A DNA stretch of 64,000 bases. Source: Nemertoderma westbladi. Its lineage: Eukaryota; Animalia; Xenacoelomorpha. Below are positions 25,632 through 37,900 of this stretch, piece by piece. Location: contig JAUCBJ010002711.1 in the NCBI GenBank assembly GCA_032718475.1, positions 1 through 64,000 on the forward strand, read 5' to 3'. The notes under the pieces were generated by a model. That model made no database searches. It worked only from the letters and a program-made list of their open reading frames with translations, and was not told the origin of the DNA. Numbering within the stretch: position 1 is the first letter of the stretch; the number at the start of each line of letters is the position of its first letter. Position numbers and translations under genes: made by a program.

Positions 25632-28455
25632 GGTAATAGAGTTTTCCGATGAGATTCAGGAAATCTGTAGACATCTAGATTGGTTAGGTAAGTCTCATGA
25701 ATATGAAAATTCTATGGTTGTAGGAGCCTTAGCCTCAGCTTTGCCAAAGGGTGGAGTGGGTACTCGTTGGGACAAAAGAGTACTATATATGATGGAACAA
25801 CAACAAAGAGACCCTACCATGGCTGATCTCATCTCATTCTTAGATGGAGAGGTAAAATTACAACTCATAAAGCAGTCCAGAGAGAAAACACCGGAAAATA
25901 AGGTAAGTGAGAAACCCGTTTCTAGGAGAAAAGTAACCCCAGTGTGTTATACTGACGAGGGCAAAAGCCAAGCTTCTCAAGAAGATGACAGCGGAAAAGA
26001 CACTGAACGATCTTACTATGTTAACAAAACGCAAAAGGATGTAAGTAAATACAAGTCTCGAACCAATGATAGGAGAGAACAGGTTGCCAAGACTCCTCCT
26101 CAGTCTCCTAACAAAATTCACGGAAGAAAGCCCGAATAAAGAACGAGAGTGCATAACGTTATCCAAGGTAAAGTGAGTAACATCAAACCAAAATGTGCGT
26201 TGTGCGACGGGCCCCACCGTTTGAGTGCGTGTGCTGAATTTCTAAAGAAATCCCTGGTAGACAGACGTGAAGTCATGTGGGATAAGCGGTTATGTTATAA
26301 TTGCCTCAGACAAGGACACCAACGGCGAACCTGTTACTCCGACGTAAGGTGTGCAAAGTGCGGTGCAAAACATCACATCTTGTTACACAGTGAATTCGAA
26401 CGAAACAGCCAGAGTCAGGTAAGTGAGCCCGAACTACATGTCCAAATCAGTGATGTAAATGACACTGATCAAGGTTCTGAGATGGAAGGATTCTATACGG
26501 ACGAATTCTCCAATGCCAACGAATCCTGTTACCTAATAAATACCGCAGTGTATCGAGCACTTACGTATGAAAAGGATACAGATAATGAGTTCCCCCCAAC
26601 TACTTTTGACAGACAACCATCTTGGAAAGCACCAACCTCCAACGTAGGAATCCGAGAGTTTCCTGTAGTGCAGGTAAGAGTCCACGGTCCTGACAAAAGT
26701 TACATAGTGAACGCCCTCCTTGATTCCGGCAGCACAGGAACATTCATTGACCAAGAACTAGCCGAAGACATCTTTGCTGGACAACCCAAATTCCGAACTA
26801 AGTTAAACATGTCAGGAATTATGCAGGTTTGGAAATCTACCATAATCGCAGATTATTATGTAGGTGCGTTGTCCACCCCCCAGGATAAATTAGGAGAACA
26901 AAGTATAAGGTCAGTAAAAATGGTGGCAATAAAGAACTTCGCTACTACCCAAGTAGAACCTTATAACTGGGACGAGGACGAGTGCATCCAGCAGCTTAAG
27001 ATACCTCGATTCCACACAGATTATCCTGGAGTGCAAGTACTCATCGGCCAAAACGCGCATGAGGCGCTAGAGACATTGGAGAAACGGCCCGCTCAACCGC
27101 AGCCACTACAAACCTATGCGGTAAGAACTCGAGTAGGTTGGTACTTTACTGGCCCTTCCCGTAGAACTCTCAAAGAGAGATTACCCCAAGAACAGGTATA
27201 CCAAGTAAATGAATGGGAAGTAGAGAGCAGTGAGGTGGACGACCCAACTGAGGGAACACCATACTCCTCAGATAATGACGACATCTACCAACTCTTCGAC
27301 GAAGAGAATGCAATCGACCTACTTACGGAAAACGAAACTTGGCAAAACCAGGTGAACCTATGTCAACTCGTTCGCCCATCAGGACAAATTAACTACAATG
27401 ACGAACTGAACGATGTGATAGATCGCTACAACGCAAGGACTCGGGACGAACTCGCCGTACGATTCTTTACTCAAGAGGCTGTAGAGCCCAATTCCTACGA
27501 TAAGGCCCTATCGGTAAAAGAAGAAAGAGCCAAGCAGATCCAGGAGACAACTACACGTTTTCTAAAAGATCAAGGTAGATATGAAATAGGTCTGCCGTTT
27601 CGAAAACGAGAACCTAGATTTATAAACAACCGACCCTTGGCGGAGAAAAGAATCACTCAATTACATCGACGCCTTACGGCAAATGCTTCAGCTAAAGAAA
27701 TGTACCAAACACAGCTGAAGAAATTTATTACAAAGGGATACGCGGAGCGAGTACCGGAAGGAACACCAATAACTGAGAGAACGTATTACTTAACACATCA
27801 TTACGTTCCCAAACCCGGTAAACCACATGAAGTACGAGTCGTATTCGATGGCTCTGCTCTATATATGGGACAATCCCTCAATTCCGAGTTATTACCAGGA
27901 CCCAACTTACTCCAATCCTTGTTGGGAATACTTTTAAGATTAAGACAATATTCCATCGCGTTCGCCTCCGATATAGAAGGAATGTTCTTACAAGTCAAGG
28001 CGCTGGATAGAGACAGAGACAGCCTAAGATTTCTGTGGTGGCCTGAGGGAGATCTCAACCAGAAACCGGTAGAGTACTGGATGACCATCCAGGCCTTTGG
28101 GATCATATCAAGCCCTTCCAACGCCTGCTCCGTGGGGCGGACCACTGCGAATGACAACCGGGACGCCTTCTCAAAAGAGGTGATAGACAATATCAAGTGT
28201 AATATATACATGGACGACAATTTAAAGTCCCTTCCATCAGTAGAGGAAGCCATTGATGTCGCGAAAGGAACGGTAGAGTGTTTGAAAAGAGGTGGATTTC
28301 GACTGACGAAATTCACCAGCAACTCCCGTGAGTTTCTGGAAGCGATACCGGCAGAAGACCGAGGAACGAAAGACCTGGACTTAATAAAGGACAATCTTCC
28401 AGAAACCAAGACGCTTGGCTTGAAGTGGGACACAGAAAGAGATATCCTAGCGTAA
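25632..28455 (+). pseudogene. Family-B gag C-terminus, protease and RT (probably the remainder of B0)
   Basis: Knuckles, LLDSGS, VFDGS, GPNLL, SDIEGMF, YMDD and KTLGLKWD. In-frame stop at 26139, truncated at 28455. Confidence 0.9.
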
Positions 28456-28465
28456 ACCTAGATAT

Positions 28466-28793
28466 CCTTACGGCAAATGCTTCAGCTAAGGAAATGTACC
28501 AAACTCAGTTGAAGAAATTTATTAACAAAGGATATGCGGAGCGAGTTCCGGAAGATACACCCATAACTGAAAGAACGTACTATCTAACACATCATTACGT
28601 TCCCAAACCCGTTAAACCCCATGAAGTACGGGTCGTATTTGATGGCTCCGCCCTATATATGGGCCAATCCCTTAATTCCGAGTTGTTACCAGGACCCAAC
28701 TTACTCCAATCTTTGTTGGGAATACTTTTAAGATTAAGACAATATTCCATCGCGTTCGCCTCCGATATAGAAGGAATGTTCTTACTACAAGTC
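28466..28793 (+). pseudogene. Second, slightly diverged family-B RT fragment
   Basis: Repeats about 27673-27997 with several substitutions and ends at the D LTR. Confidence 0.85.
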
Positions 28794-28843
28794 TGTTAGC
28801 TTATCCAATTCCGCTAACATGAACCCACAAAGTAAGCCGTTAA
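28794..28843 (+). repeat. First 50 bp of the 5' LTR of family-A element D
   Basis: TGTTAGCTTATCCAATTCCGC...GTAAGCCGTTAA aligns to the start of LTR 10060. The alignment resumes at 60062. Confidence 0.85.
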
Positions 28844-29169
28844 CCCTATTAAACCCGGGGGGGGGGGTCAATATGACCCCTCCCGTGGTTTTTTTTATTA
28901 TAATTCTGAAACTAACGCAGTTGGGAATCTGAAATTTTATGACTTTTCCTAAAAATATAATGTCTTCCTAGTAGTGAAAACCGTTTTCAAAAATATTGGG
29001 TACTTTTCGAGTTATAGCACCATTTTTTAACCCTACTTTTGGCACTTTTTTTGAGACGTTTTTTGAAAATTACATTTCATTAAATATTAATTGTAACATC
29101 TCTATTTTTGATTTACACCGGTTTTTTGGTGTTAGAAATTTGATGGAATTCATATAAATTGATTTAGAA

Positions 29170-29900
29170 ATTTCAAACTTGTTTTTTTCGGTGGGTGCCA
29201 AATTTTGGTGCCAGCACCAAATTTTGAAATAAGTCCATTTTGTAAATTGATCGTTTGAAACTTGTTTTTTACGCAATTGGGGTTTTTTGGGTTTCCGGAT
29301 TCGATGAAATATATACGAGTTGCACCAAGCGTATCAAACTTGTATTTTTCGGTGCTGTGTGCAAATTTTGGTGCTAGCACGAAATTTTGAAAATCTGTTC
29401 AATAGATAAAATTGCTTGTGACAATTTATTTCTTGCGTTTTAGAGGTTTATGGCTGTTCTGAATTCAATGGAAAATATAATTATCGAACTAGACTTATCA
29501 TACTTGTATTTTTCGGATGTGGGCGCAAAATGTGGTGCTGGCACCAAATTTTAAAAACCATCAAATATATCAATTGATTGTGTCACCTTGTTTCTTGCGT
29601 TATACGGGTTTGTGATGGTTCTAAATTTAATGGAATAAGTAAAAATTTCATAAGAGTTCTCAAACTTGTATTTTTCGCCGGTGGGTGAAAATTGTTGTGC
29701 CAGCACCAAATTTTGGAAAATATGCAAATTAATAAGTAGATAGTATCACCTTGTTTCTTGCGTTATACGGGTTTATGAGGGTCCTGAATCCGATGGAATC
29801 AATAAAAACAGCACTGGACATCGCAAACTTGTACTTTTTGGTGATGGGTACGAAATTTGGTGCAAGCACCAAAATTTGCCAAATTACGCCGAAAAATACA
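29170..29900. repeat. About 5 diverged units of about 160 bp inside the piggyBac-like element
   Basis: Recurring AAACTTGTATTTTTCGG...TGGTGC(C/T)AGCACCAAATTTT near 29175, 29335, 29500, 29660 and 29825. Confidence 0.75.
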
Positions 29901-31250
29901 AGTAGCAATGATCTGGCATATTAGAAATGTATTCCATTAGAATCAGCGCCCTCGAAAACCTGAAAATGTGAATTTATAGCATCGTATAAGGCTCATTCCA
30001 AAGTAAAGTACGGGACATTCGTACACAATTTTGAACTTTGATTGCCTGTACAATGTTATCCACAGCACATATGTGCTCAAAATTGTGCTTGGATTAAACA
30101 TTCGAATATCAGCTTTGATTTCGTGAAGCTTATGGCGGGACTTAGTCACTTTTGAGAAAACGCCAGCTTGTCCAATTAAGGTAAAGTACGGATTCGTACG
30201 AAATGGTTTTTTTTATCTTATGATTTCAATTCTAAAATTTAGCGAATTGTGCGCAGGTACGGTGTTGAGTTGATGTTTAGGATAAAGCTGTATTATTAAG
30301 CTTAAATAAAAATATAAATATAAGAAGAATTGCTGCATTGCTAATTTTTTACAGTGTGGTTTGTGTGGTAAAGTATGGGACATTGCTAAGTAAAGTACGG
30401 GACCTGTACGAATTTTATGGTCAAAATGGTCTCTTACACTTAACCTAACAGTAATTTCTGGATAATTAGTGATAATAAAGTGCAACTAAGTATTTCCAAC
30501 CAAGATATGGATACAAAATGTGGGGCGGCCCACAAATTGACCCGAAGTCTTAGCATATGGGTGCCCTTAGGAGTTGTATGTCATCTGTCTAATTTTTGAT
30601 CGCTAATACTGTATATCTCGGTCATTTTTAGATGAAATTAAACCAAATCTGGTACGTATGAAGTCTGTCAAAAGTTTGGAAAGAATCTGAAGTTTAAGGA
30701 ATCAAAGGTCACATATCAGACAGTCTGTCTGTTGGTATCGATAGTTTCAAAATTTTGATAAAAACCGAAATAAGTCCGCCAATCATTGATGAAATATAAC
30801 CAAACTTGGTATGTAGTCTGTAAAAAGTTTAGAATTTCTTTCCATTTTTCTGAAAATGTATCAATTACTGTACTTACCGATCTTCTTATCTGATAAAAAA
30901 CTAAATTCTTTGAAATTTGTTGTAAAGTACGGGACTTTACATGCATAAACTCAAAGATTACTTAATTGAGGAATGATTCTTAGTTCAAATACATACTTCT
31001 ATGCTTCCCCCTACTATCACCCTAAAGCATTATAACACTACTGCCCTCCAGGTTTCATATTATTACATTAATACAGTGCACTAATGTAATTGCCATTATA
31101 ATGGTAAAGTATGGGACAATTTTCAATTGGCCGTTATGATGTTTCTGAGGGAGTAGATTATGAAACTACAGGTAATTGTTTCTTAAGATGACGCAACACA
31201 AACGTGCTTTGCATTCCACTGGGTGATTTGGCTGAGTTAGACTACTTCTC

Positions 31251-32436
31251 TGTAAAAGCTTTTGCGTAATTAGCCGGTTATTATCCCCGTAAAGTACTCT
31301 GTGGTTGGTTTACCAGGCATAAAAAGGCCGTGTCCTTGCTGTACTCGTGTTTTGGAGGACATAAAAGCCATTTCTTCTGTATTTGTACTTTAGAGGACAT
31401 AATCTGCAATTTCGTGACGTAAAAGCTCGATACTCTTGAAAACAGTGTCGCTACCATGACGACGGCTAACGGCTGATATTGCCACGTTACACCATAGCCC
31501 TGCTTTCTGTATCTGCCAATAGGATTTGAGTTGGTTTTGATTTTGACCTATCACAGATCTACTGAACTGAATTTCCTATCTGTATGCTCATTCTCTGTGG
31601 TGGGTGGAAGCCTTTGTAAATAAGGTTATTCTTATCAGTTTTTCAGTGTTGTTGGTGATTCTAAGCCAGGAAGAACGGCTTTAGAGTATTTTGTGCTTTT
31701 CTGCTTTAGCCTTACACTAGTAGGCTTAATTATAAGGACATATATCCGTTATCTGATTGTCTTAACTCAAAACAAACTGGTTAATTGGCCCATACTGTGC
31801 AACTTAACTTAACATTACTGCTTTGCTGTCGGTTATTCATTATATTTGTGGATGAATTATTATATTTGGAATAACGAGAGAGAAAGGTTACAGATAAACG
31901 ATTGTGACTTATGTTAAAGTGGTTTGAAGTGAATCTAATGTTATTTGATAGACCCTACATGAGTCGGTCTGTGTTCCTTTTATATGTGACTAAAATCAGT
32001 GAAGATCGGCAGATCAGTGTGCAGTATTGTGCGGTATTGTGTATGAGTGAGACTGATAACGAAGCATTTCCTAAAGAATGCGCCATATATGTGAATTGTA
32101 ACTAAGCCATATCGTTGTGAGTAGTTTAAGTCATAACTCTGTTTATATAGATAGAGCGCCATGTCCTAAAGGAACTGTTAATATTCCCCGAAGGTGAATA
32201 ATATTGTCAGAGATTATATAATACTGTCAGTCGAATAATACATTAGGCTTACATAGCAATAAGATTAAGCTGTCGAAATCAATCTCCCGGGTATATCCAA
32301 CGGGTGAATGATCGCGCATAGATTGGTTTCAACTAGTGTAGTGAATCAAATACTTGTTAGAGGCTAAAGCGATTTATTATCTAGAAGACATCCTAATTTG
32401 GCGGGTTAAACTGCCAAAGGTCTGAAAGCGCGAACA
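31251..32436 (+). repeat. 5' LTR of element C
   Basis: TGT...ACA, nearly identical to the 3' LTR apart from a deletion of about 40 bp near 31880. Confidence 0.95.
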
Positions 32437-32890
32437 ATAACGGATATTGCTTCTTTATTGCAGTAAGCAATAAAGTTGAAAGTACCTGTTGACCGGTAAA
32501 CCTGAACCGGTACTTCTGTAGGTCAGTAGGCCCAACTGCCAGAACCGGTACTGCTGTAGGTCCGTAGGTCCAACTGCCAGAACCGGTACTTCTGTAGGTC
32601 CGTAGGCCCAACTGTCCTAACCGGTACTTCCAGTATAAGTACATTAGTATTATTCGATTTGATTATTGTATACTGTAGGCTGCCAGGGGAATAGGGATTG
32701 ATCACCCCTCATTCTTTTGTATAGTTTACTTATTTCTGCCAGTTTTATTTACTAGTAGGTTGATATTGAGCAGAAGGCGTGTAACCCTGCTCAGATTGTA
32801 CAGATAATTTGTAGGCTTGACTGTTGGCTAACTGTTGATTAGGTCTGAACGGATTACAGTGCATGTAGAGTGTATGTCCGATAAAGAACG

Positions 32891-34476
32891 TGTTCGCGGT
32901 ATTTCAACTTTCCATAACGCGAGTTGAATATTTTTGTATTTTATTAAAATTGATTATTCCGATATTACTACTGGGTGCGGGACCATGGGTTTTGGGCACA
33001 TTCAATAAACTGGGGGCGATTTATGGGCGAACGTTGGGGCAACTTACAGGGTACGGGAATAATTTCATAGTTATAAGGGCCAGGGGGGATGGAAAATGCA
33101 AGCAGTATTCAGGTTAGCCTGAGTACTATTAGGCCCTGGCCAACTTCCTGCTGCCTGTAGGGGTGGATTTGGTAATGCGCCAGGCCTAAAGGACAAGGAC
33201 TGCCCTTAGCGGTCCCTGGCCAACGGCAGCTACTACGAGACTGAAAAGAACTCGGAACGCTGACTGCTTGTGTCAGGGATTTGCGACGGGCACCGACGGC
33301 CCCTTAGTAGCCAAGCCGTTCTGGTTCTCGATGATCGAACCCCGGGGTTCATGAGGGGTGGAGCGGACACGCGAACAGGTGGCCAACTTAAGACTGCCCC
33401 CTGACCTAAGCCGTACTGGTTCTTGATGACCGATCCCTTCGGGGTTCGTGAGGGGTGGGACGGACATGCGAAAGGGCTGGCCACAGGACTGGTTTGACAA
33501 GGACTGCCCTTAGCGGTCTCGGGTCAACTGCAGCTACTACGAGCCTGAAAAGAACTCGGAACGCTGACTGCTTGACTGGGATTTGCGACGGGAACCGACG
33601 ACAGACCCCTTAGCCAAGCCGTTCTGGTTCTCGATGATCGCTCCCTTCGGGGTTTGTGAGGGGTGGAACGGACACGCGATGGGGTCGAAAGACAAAGGAC
33701 TAGACTCGACTAGACTCTACTGGCCTACCGACCGTTCGGAGCAGTTTCTCGGCTGCCGAAGCGACTACGAGCCTGAAACGGACTCGGAAAGCCTAGGTGG
33801 TTGGGTTTCTGTAATGAACTGACGGACCCCTAGCCAAGCCGTTCTGGTTCTCGATGATCGAACCCTTCGGGGTTCGTGAGGGGTGGAACGGACACGCGAA
33901 CGGGTCCACCGACACGATAGACTCTTAGCCAAGCCGTACTGGTTCTCGATGACCGAACCCTTCGGGGTTCGAGAGGGGTGGTACGGATACGCGACAGAGT
34001 CTACCGACTGGACCGACCCTTAGCCAAGCCGGGCTGGTTCTCGATGATCGTTCCCTTCGGGGTTCGTGAGGGGTGGAACGGACACACGACAGGGTCGACC
34101 GACACCGACACTACGGCACTAAGACTGGGACTGAGGGAAAATCTGGGGAACATTAGGTAGGCTAAAATTCTGAGCGAACAGTGGGTTATTAAATAATATA
34201 CCGTAGGGATTTATATTATCGTGTATAATTATTGTGAATATTTGGTGTATATTGATTTGGGGAAGCCCAAAATTATTCTTAATCAGGTTTTCAACTATAG
34301 GAAGTTACATTAAAGAGTATATCCAACTAATGCAGCTTTTCTCAACCGCAAACTTGCATCTTAGAAATATTCCCTCCCCACAATCAATATCCGGTGACTG
34401 GCCGGGGCTCGGTGGTCTGTTAAGTCACGTCTCCAGCATCGGCGTTTTTCCCCCTGGTGTAGGAATAACGGCAACA
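32891..34476 (+). repeat. 5' LTR of element E with internal hairpin repeats
   Basis: TGTTCGCGG...GGCAACA. Only scattered substitutions versus the 3' LTR. Confidence 0.97.
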
Positions 34477-34727
34477 AAATTAAGAATAATTAATGCGGTT
34501 AATTTTGACACGGTGTCAAAATTAAGGATAATTACGGTCAACTTCAACTGGTGGAAGTTGAGAATCCTTCAATACTCTTCAAAAACTCTCTACGTGCTTG
34601 CCAGCACCCACTATGAGGAAACTCTGGTATTTGAGTTGAGACAAAGTCGTGGTTTAATTAAACAACAAACTCGATCTAACCAACTCGTAGTCGGCAGATC
34701 ACAATTCGGGAGAGTTGTTAACAGGGA

Positions 34728-34919
34728 ATGGAAGTATCGATCACACCCATTGATATAATTCAAGTTGAGCCAGGAATCTGGCACGTCGAAGTTGAGGTAC
34801 AAGGAACGAACGTTGGACGATTCAGGATTACTGTTCGGGTGGTCCAAGCTGAGTACAATACCTACGAAGAACTGTTTTACGACATCGCGTATCTCGCCAT
34901 CGACGAGGCGTTACAATGA
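34728..34919 (+). CDS. Putative 63-aa upstream ORF overlapping the gag start (ATGA)
   Basis: ATG start, protein-like composition, and its TGA (34917-34919) overlaps the gag ATG (34916). Confidence 0.45.
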   Translation: MEVSITPIDIIQVEPGIWHVEVEVQGTNVGRFRITVRVVQAEYNTYEELFYDIAYLAIDEALQ

Positions 34920-37900
34920 CCACAAATAACGTATCCGATACCGACGAGATGGATCACCACACAGACTCGGAAGCCGACGAGGTACCAAACGTCAAGAACA
35001 TGACCCGTCGGTTAGGGGCTCTTAAAGGCGGAGTAACCCGAGCGTATCAACGGATGGAGAAACAACTCAAGGGAGTTAAAACCCCCCTCAATGAGGTACA
35101 AACTCAGCTTCAAAGTATCCGAAATATCCTACAGCGGTACGAAAGAATGATACAGGCGTACCAAGAGCTCGTTCCCCCCACCGATCTGGAAAACTACCCC
35201 AAGTTGGAAGAACACGTTGTACATCTAGATGGGTTCCGCAAACAACACCGGAGGACCCTCAGCCTTGTGAGAGGCTATGAGGAACAGTATTACAAGAGGG
35301 CCGAAAGAACAGACGCGGAATCGGTACGATCCTCCAGCATCAGGACAGCAGTACATCGAAAGAGAACGGGGTCCGTTAGAGATCAGCACTCCAGCGCTAG
35401 GAGCGAAATATCCGGCTCAGCGCGCAGTTCTCAAGGGGCGCCGCCACTCCGAGACCAACTGCGAGAACGGAAGGCATTAGCCCTCAAAGCTCGGATGGAA
35501 GATGAGTATATTCAACTGCAAGCCGAGCAAGATGTATTAGCCGCCGAGACACAAAAGCGAGAGGCCGAACAAGCGGCCGAACGGCAGGCCGAACAACGCG
35601 AACAGGAGGCCGAACAACATAGACGAGAGGCCGAACGACAGGTCGAACAACGTAGACTAGAGGCCGAACGACAGGCCGAACAACGTAAACTAGAGGCCGA
35701 ACGACAGGCCGAACAACATAGACTAGAGGCCGAACGACAGGCCGAACAACGTAAACTAGAGGCCGAACGACAGGCCGAACAACATAGACTAGAGGCCGAA
35801 CGACAGGCCGAACAACGTAAACTAGAGGCCGAACGACAGGCCGAACAACATAGACTAGAGGCCGAACAACATAGACTAGAGGCCGAACAACGCAGACAGG
35901 AGGCCGAACAACGCGGACGAGAGGCCGAACGAGAGATCGAACAACGTAAATGGGAAGCGGAAATGCGTAAACAACACGCCGAGGCCCAAGCAATTCTCAT
36001 CCACAAAAAGAATGCGGATATTGCAAAACTCGCAGAATACGAAGCCGCACTTATAGAACGAGATATTCAACTCTACGAGGACTGGGAAAGGGATATAGAT
36101 CAGGAATATGAACCAATTCCGGTACCGGAGTTAGAAAAGTCATTTACACCGACAGCGGCGAAGCCTCCGAAACCCGAGATCCCGCCCACCAAACAGTCTA
36201 CGCTATCGGCACAAGCCCCGGTGTTCCATCCCCCACCGGCTACGTTAAAGAATGAGGAACCCTATTTCCCATCCAACACCACGACAGCGAGTGTACCCAA
36301 GTACGAGCCTGAAAAGGACTCGGAACGGGACGCCACTCCCCGATCAAACAACCCATTTACATCAACACCACAAACTCGCAGCCGCGTCATTATCAAAACT
36401 CCGCCTATCATTGATCCATCAAGTATGGGAGTGAGTGCCAATAACTATAACCCTCCGAGTCACTCCAGTTCAGACGACGTCAGCATCATCCGGGCGTTGG
36501 AGAACCGCCTTGCCATGCCGAAGATGGAGATTCGCACCTTCGAAGGAGATCCCGTCGATTACCTCAGATTCAAGAAACGGTTCTTCGCGCAGATTGGATC
36601 AACGGACATAGCCGACGCACAGAAATTGGTATATTTATCGCAATACCTGGGTGACAAACCACGCAGAATTGTTGCATGTTTTGAAGGAGGTTCTCATGAG
36701 GCATACTATGATGCATGGAAAACTCTGGATAAAAGATACGGAAATACCGGAACTATAATTAATAAAACTCTAGAGAGACTGATACAGGACGCGGGATCAC
36801 TAGGAGACCCACAGAACATACAGGAATTCTCCGACTCTATGAAGGATGCCTACTATACTCTGAAACCCTTGAATAAGAAGGACCAGGTGAACAACATTCT
36901 AAACCTCCGACAGATCGCCCGGAAGTTCCCCGGATGGCTACAAAGTAAGTAGGCTTATAAATGTGTAGACCTCCGGCGCAGACATCCAGATCGAGATCCT
37001 AGCTTCCTTGAGATGTCGGCATTCCTGGACGATATCTCCGAAGCCATGAATGACTCGATGTTTTCCAAACAAAGTCTCGCAAAGTTGGACGGAATAGAGA
37101 GCAACTCCAGGGGTAAGATAACCCCTCCGAAACCGAGATTCCGCCCCCCACCGGTGAGTACGATGGCCATCACCATGGCTGAGGATTCCGACGACGAAGA
37201 CTACGAGGAACCGACATCCGCCGAGGAATGGGCATGTTATCTCGCGAATTGGGCACCCGAAAGGGAAGGCATCACAAATTCCCTACTCTGTCTCTTCTGT
37301 GGGGAGAAACATAAAGTGGAATTCTGCAGAAAGTTTCAGTTCGCCGACCTCGTCCCACGCTTCGAGGCGATAATGAAACACCGAGGATGCTTCCGGTGTC
37401 TTGGAACAGGTCACTACGTTCGGGATTGCGACCAAAGGTCGTGCTGTGCTGTCTGTAACGACCAACGCCATCACACGCTCCTCCACATCCCCGCGAACTT
37501 CGACTTTACTACCCTCCCCTTTCGGATCGAAGCCAGGCGAAGAGGAGAAACAAACCACGTCTTCAAAGGAACCCGGACAACCCAACGGAGAGAAACCAAC
37601 CCGTTTAAAATCTCCACCGATACACCACAAGTAACAAATATTTCGGCCACGATTAATCTTATAAATCGCCGTTACATGGTTTTCGCAAAGGTAATCCCAG
37701 TAAGGATCCAAGGAGTCGGTAAATCTTTGACGACACTCGCGTTCCTCGATAACGGGTCTGACGGAACCATCATCGACCGGGATTTTCTCGAGCAACTCGG
37801 ACTAGAATACGAGCCTTGTAAACGGCCCATACAAACCATCACCGATAACAGAGAGGTAGAGTCCGGGGAGGTGCAACTCCAGATGGAAGGAGTGATGAAG

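Noticed and set aside
33311-34090. CRISPR-like array or hammerhead ribozymes in the E LTR
   Set aside because: Spacers are irregular and partly repeats themselves, and no CUGAnGA...GAAA core with correct stems was found.
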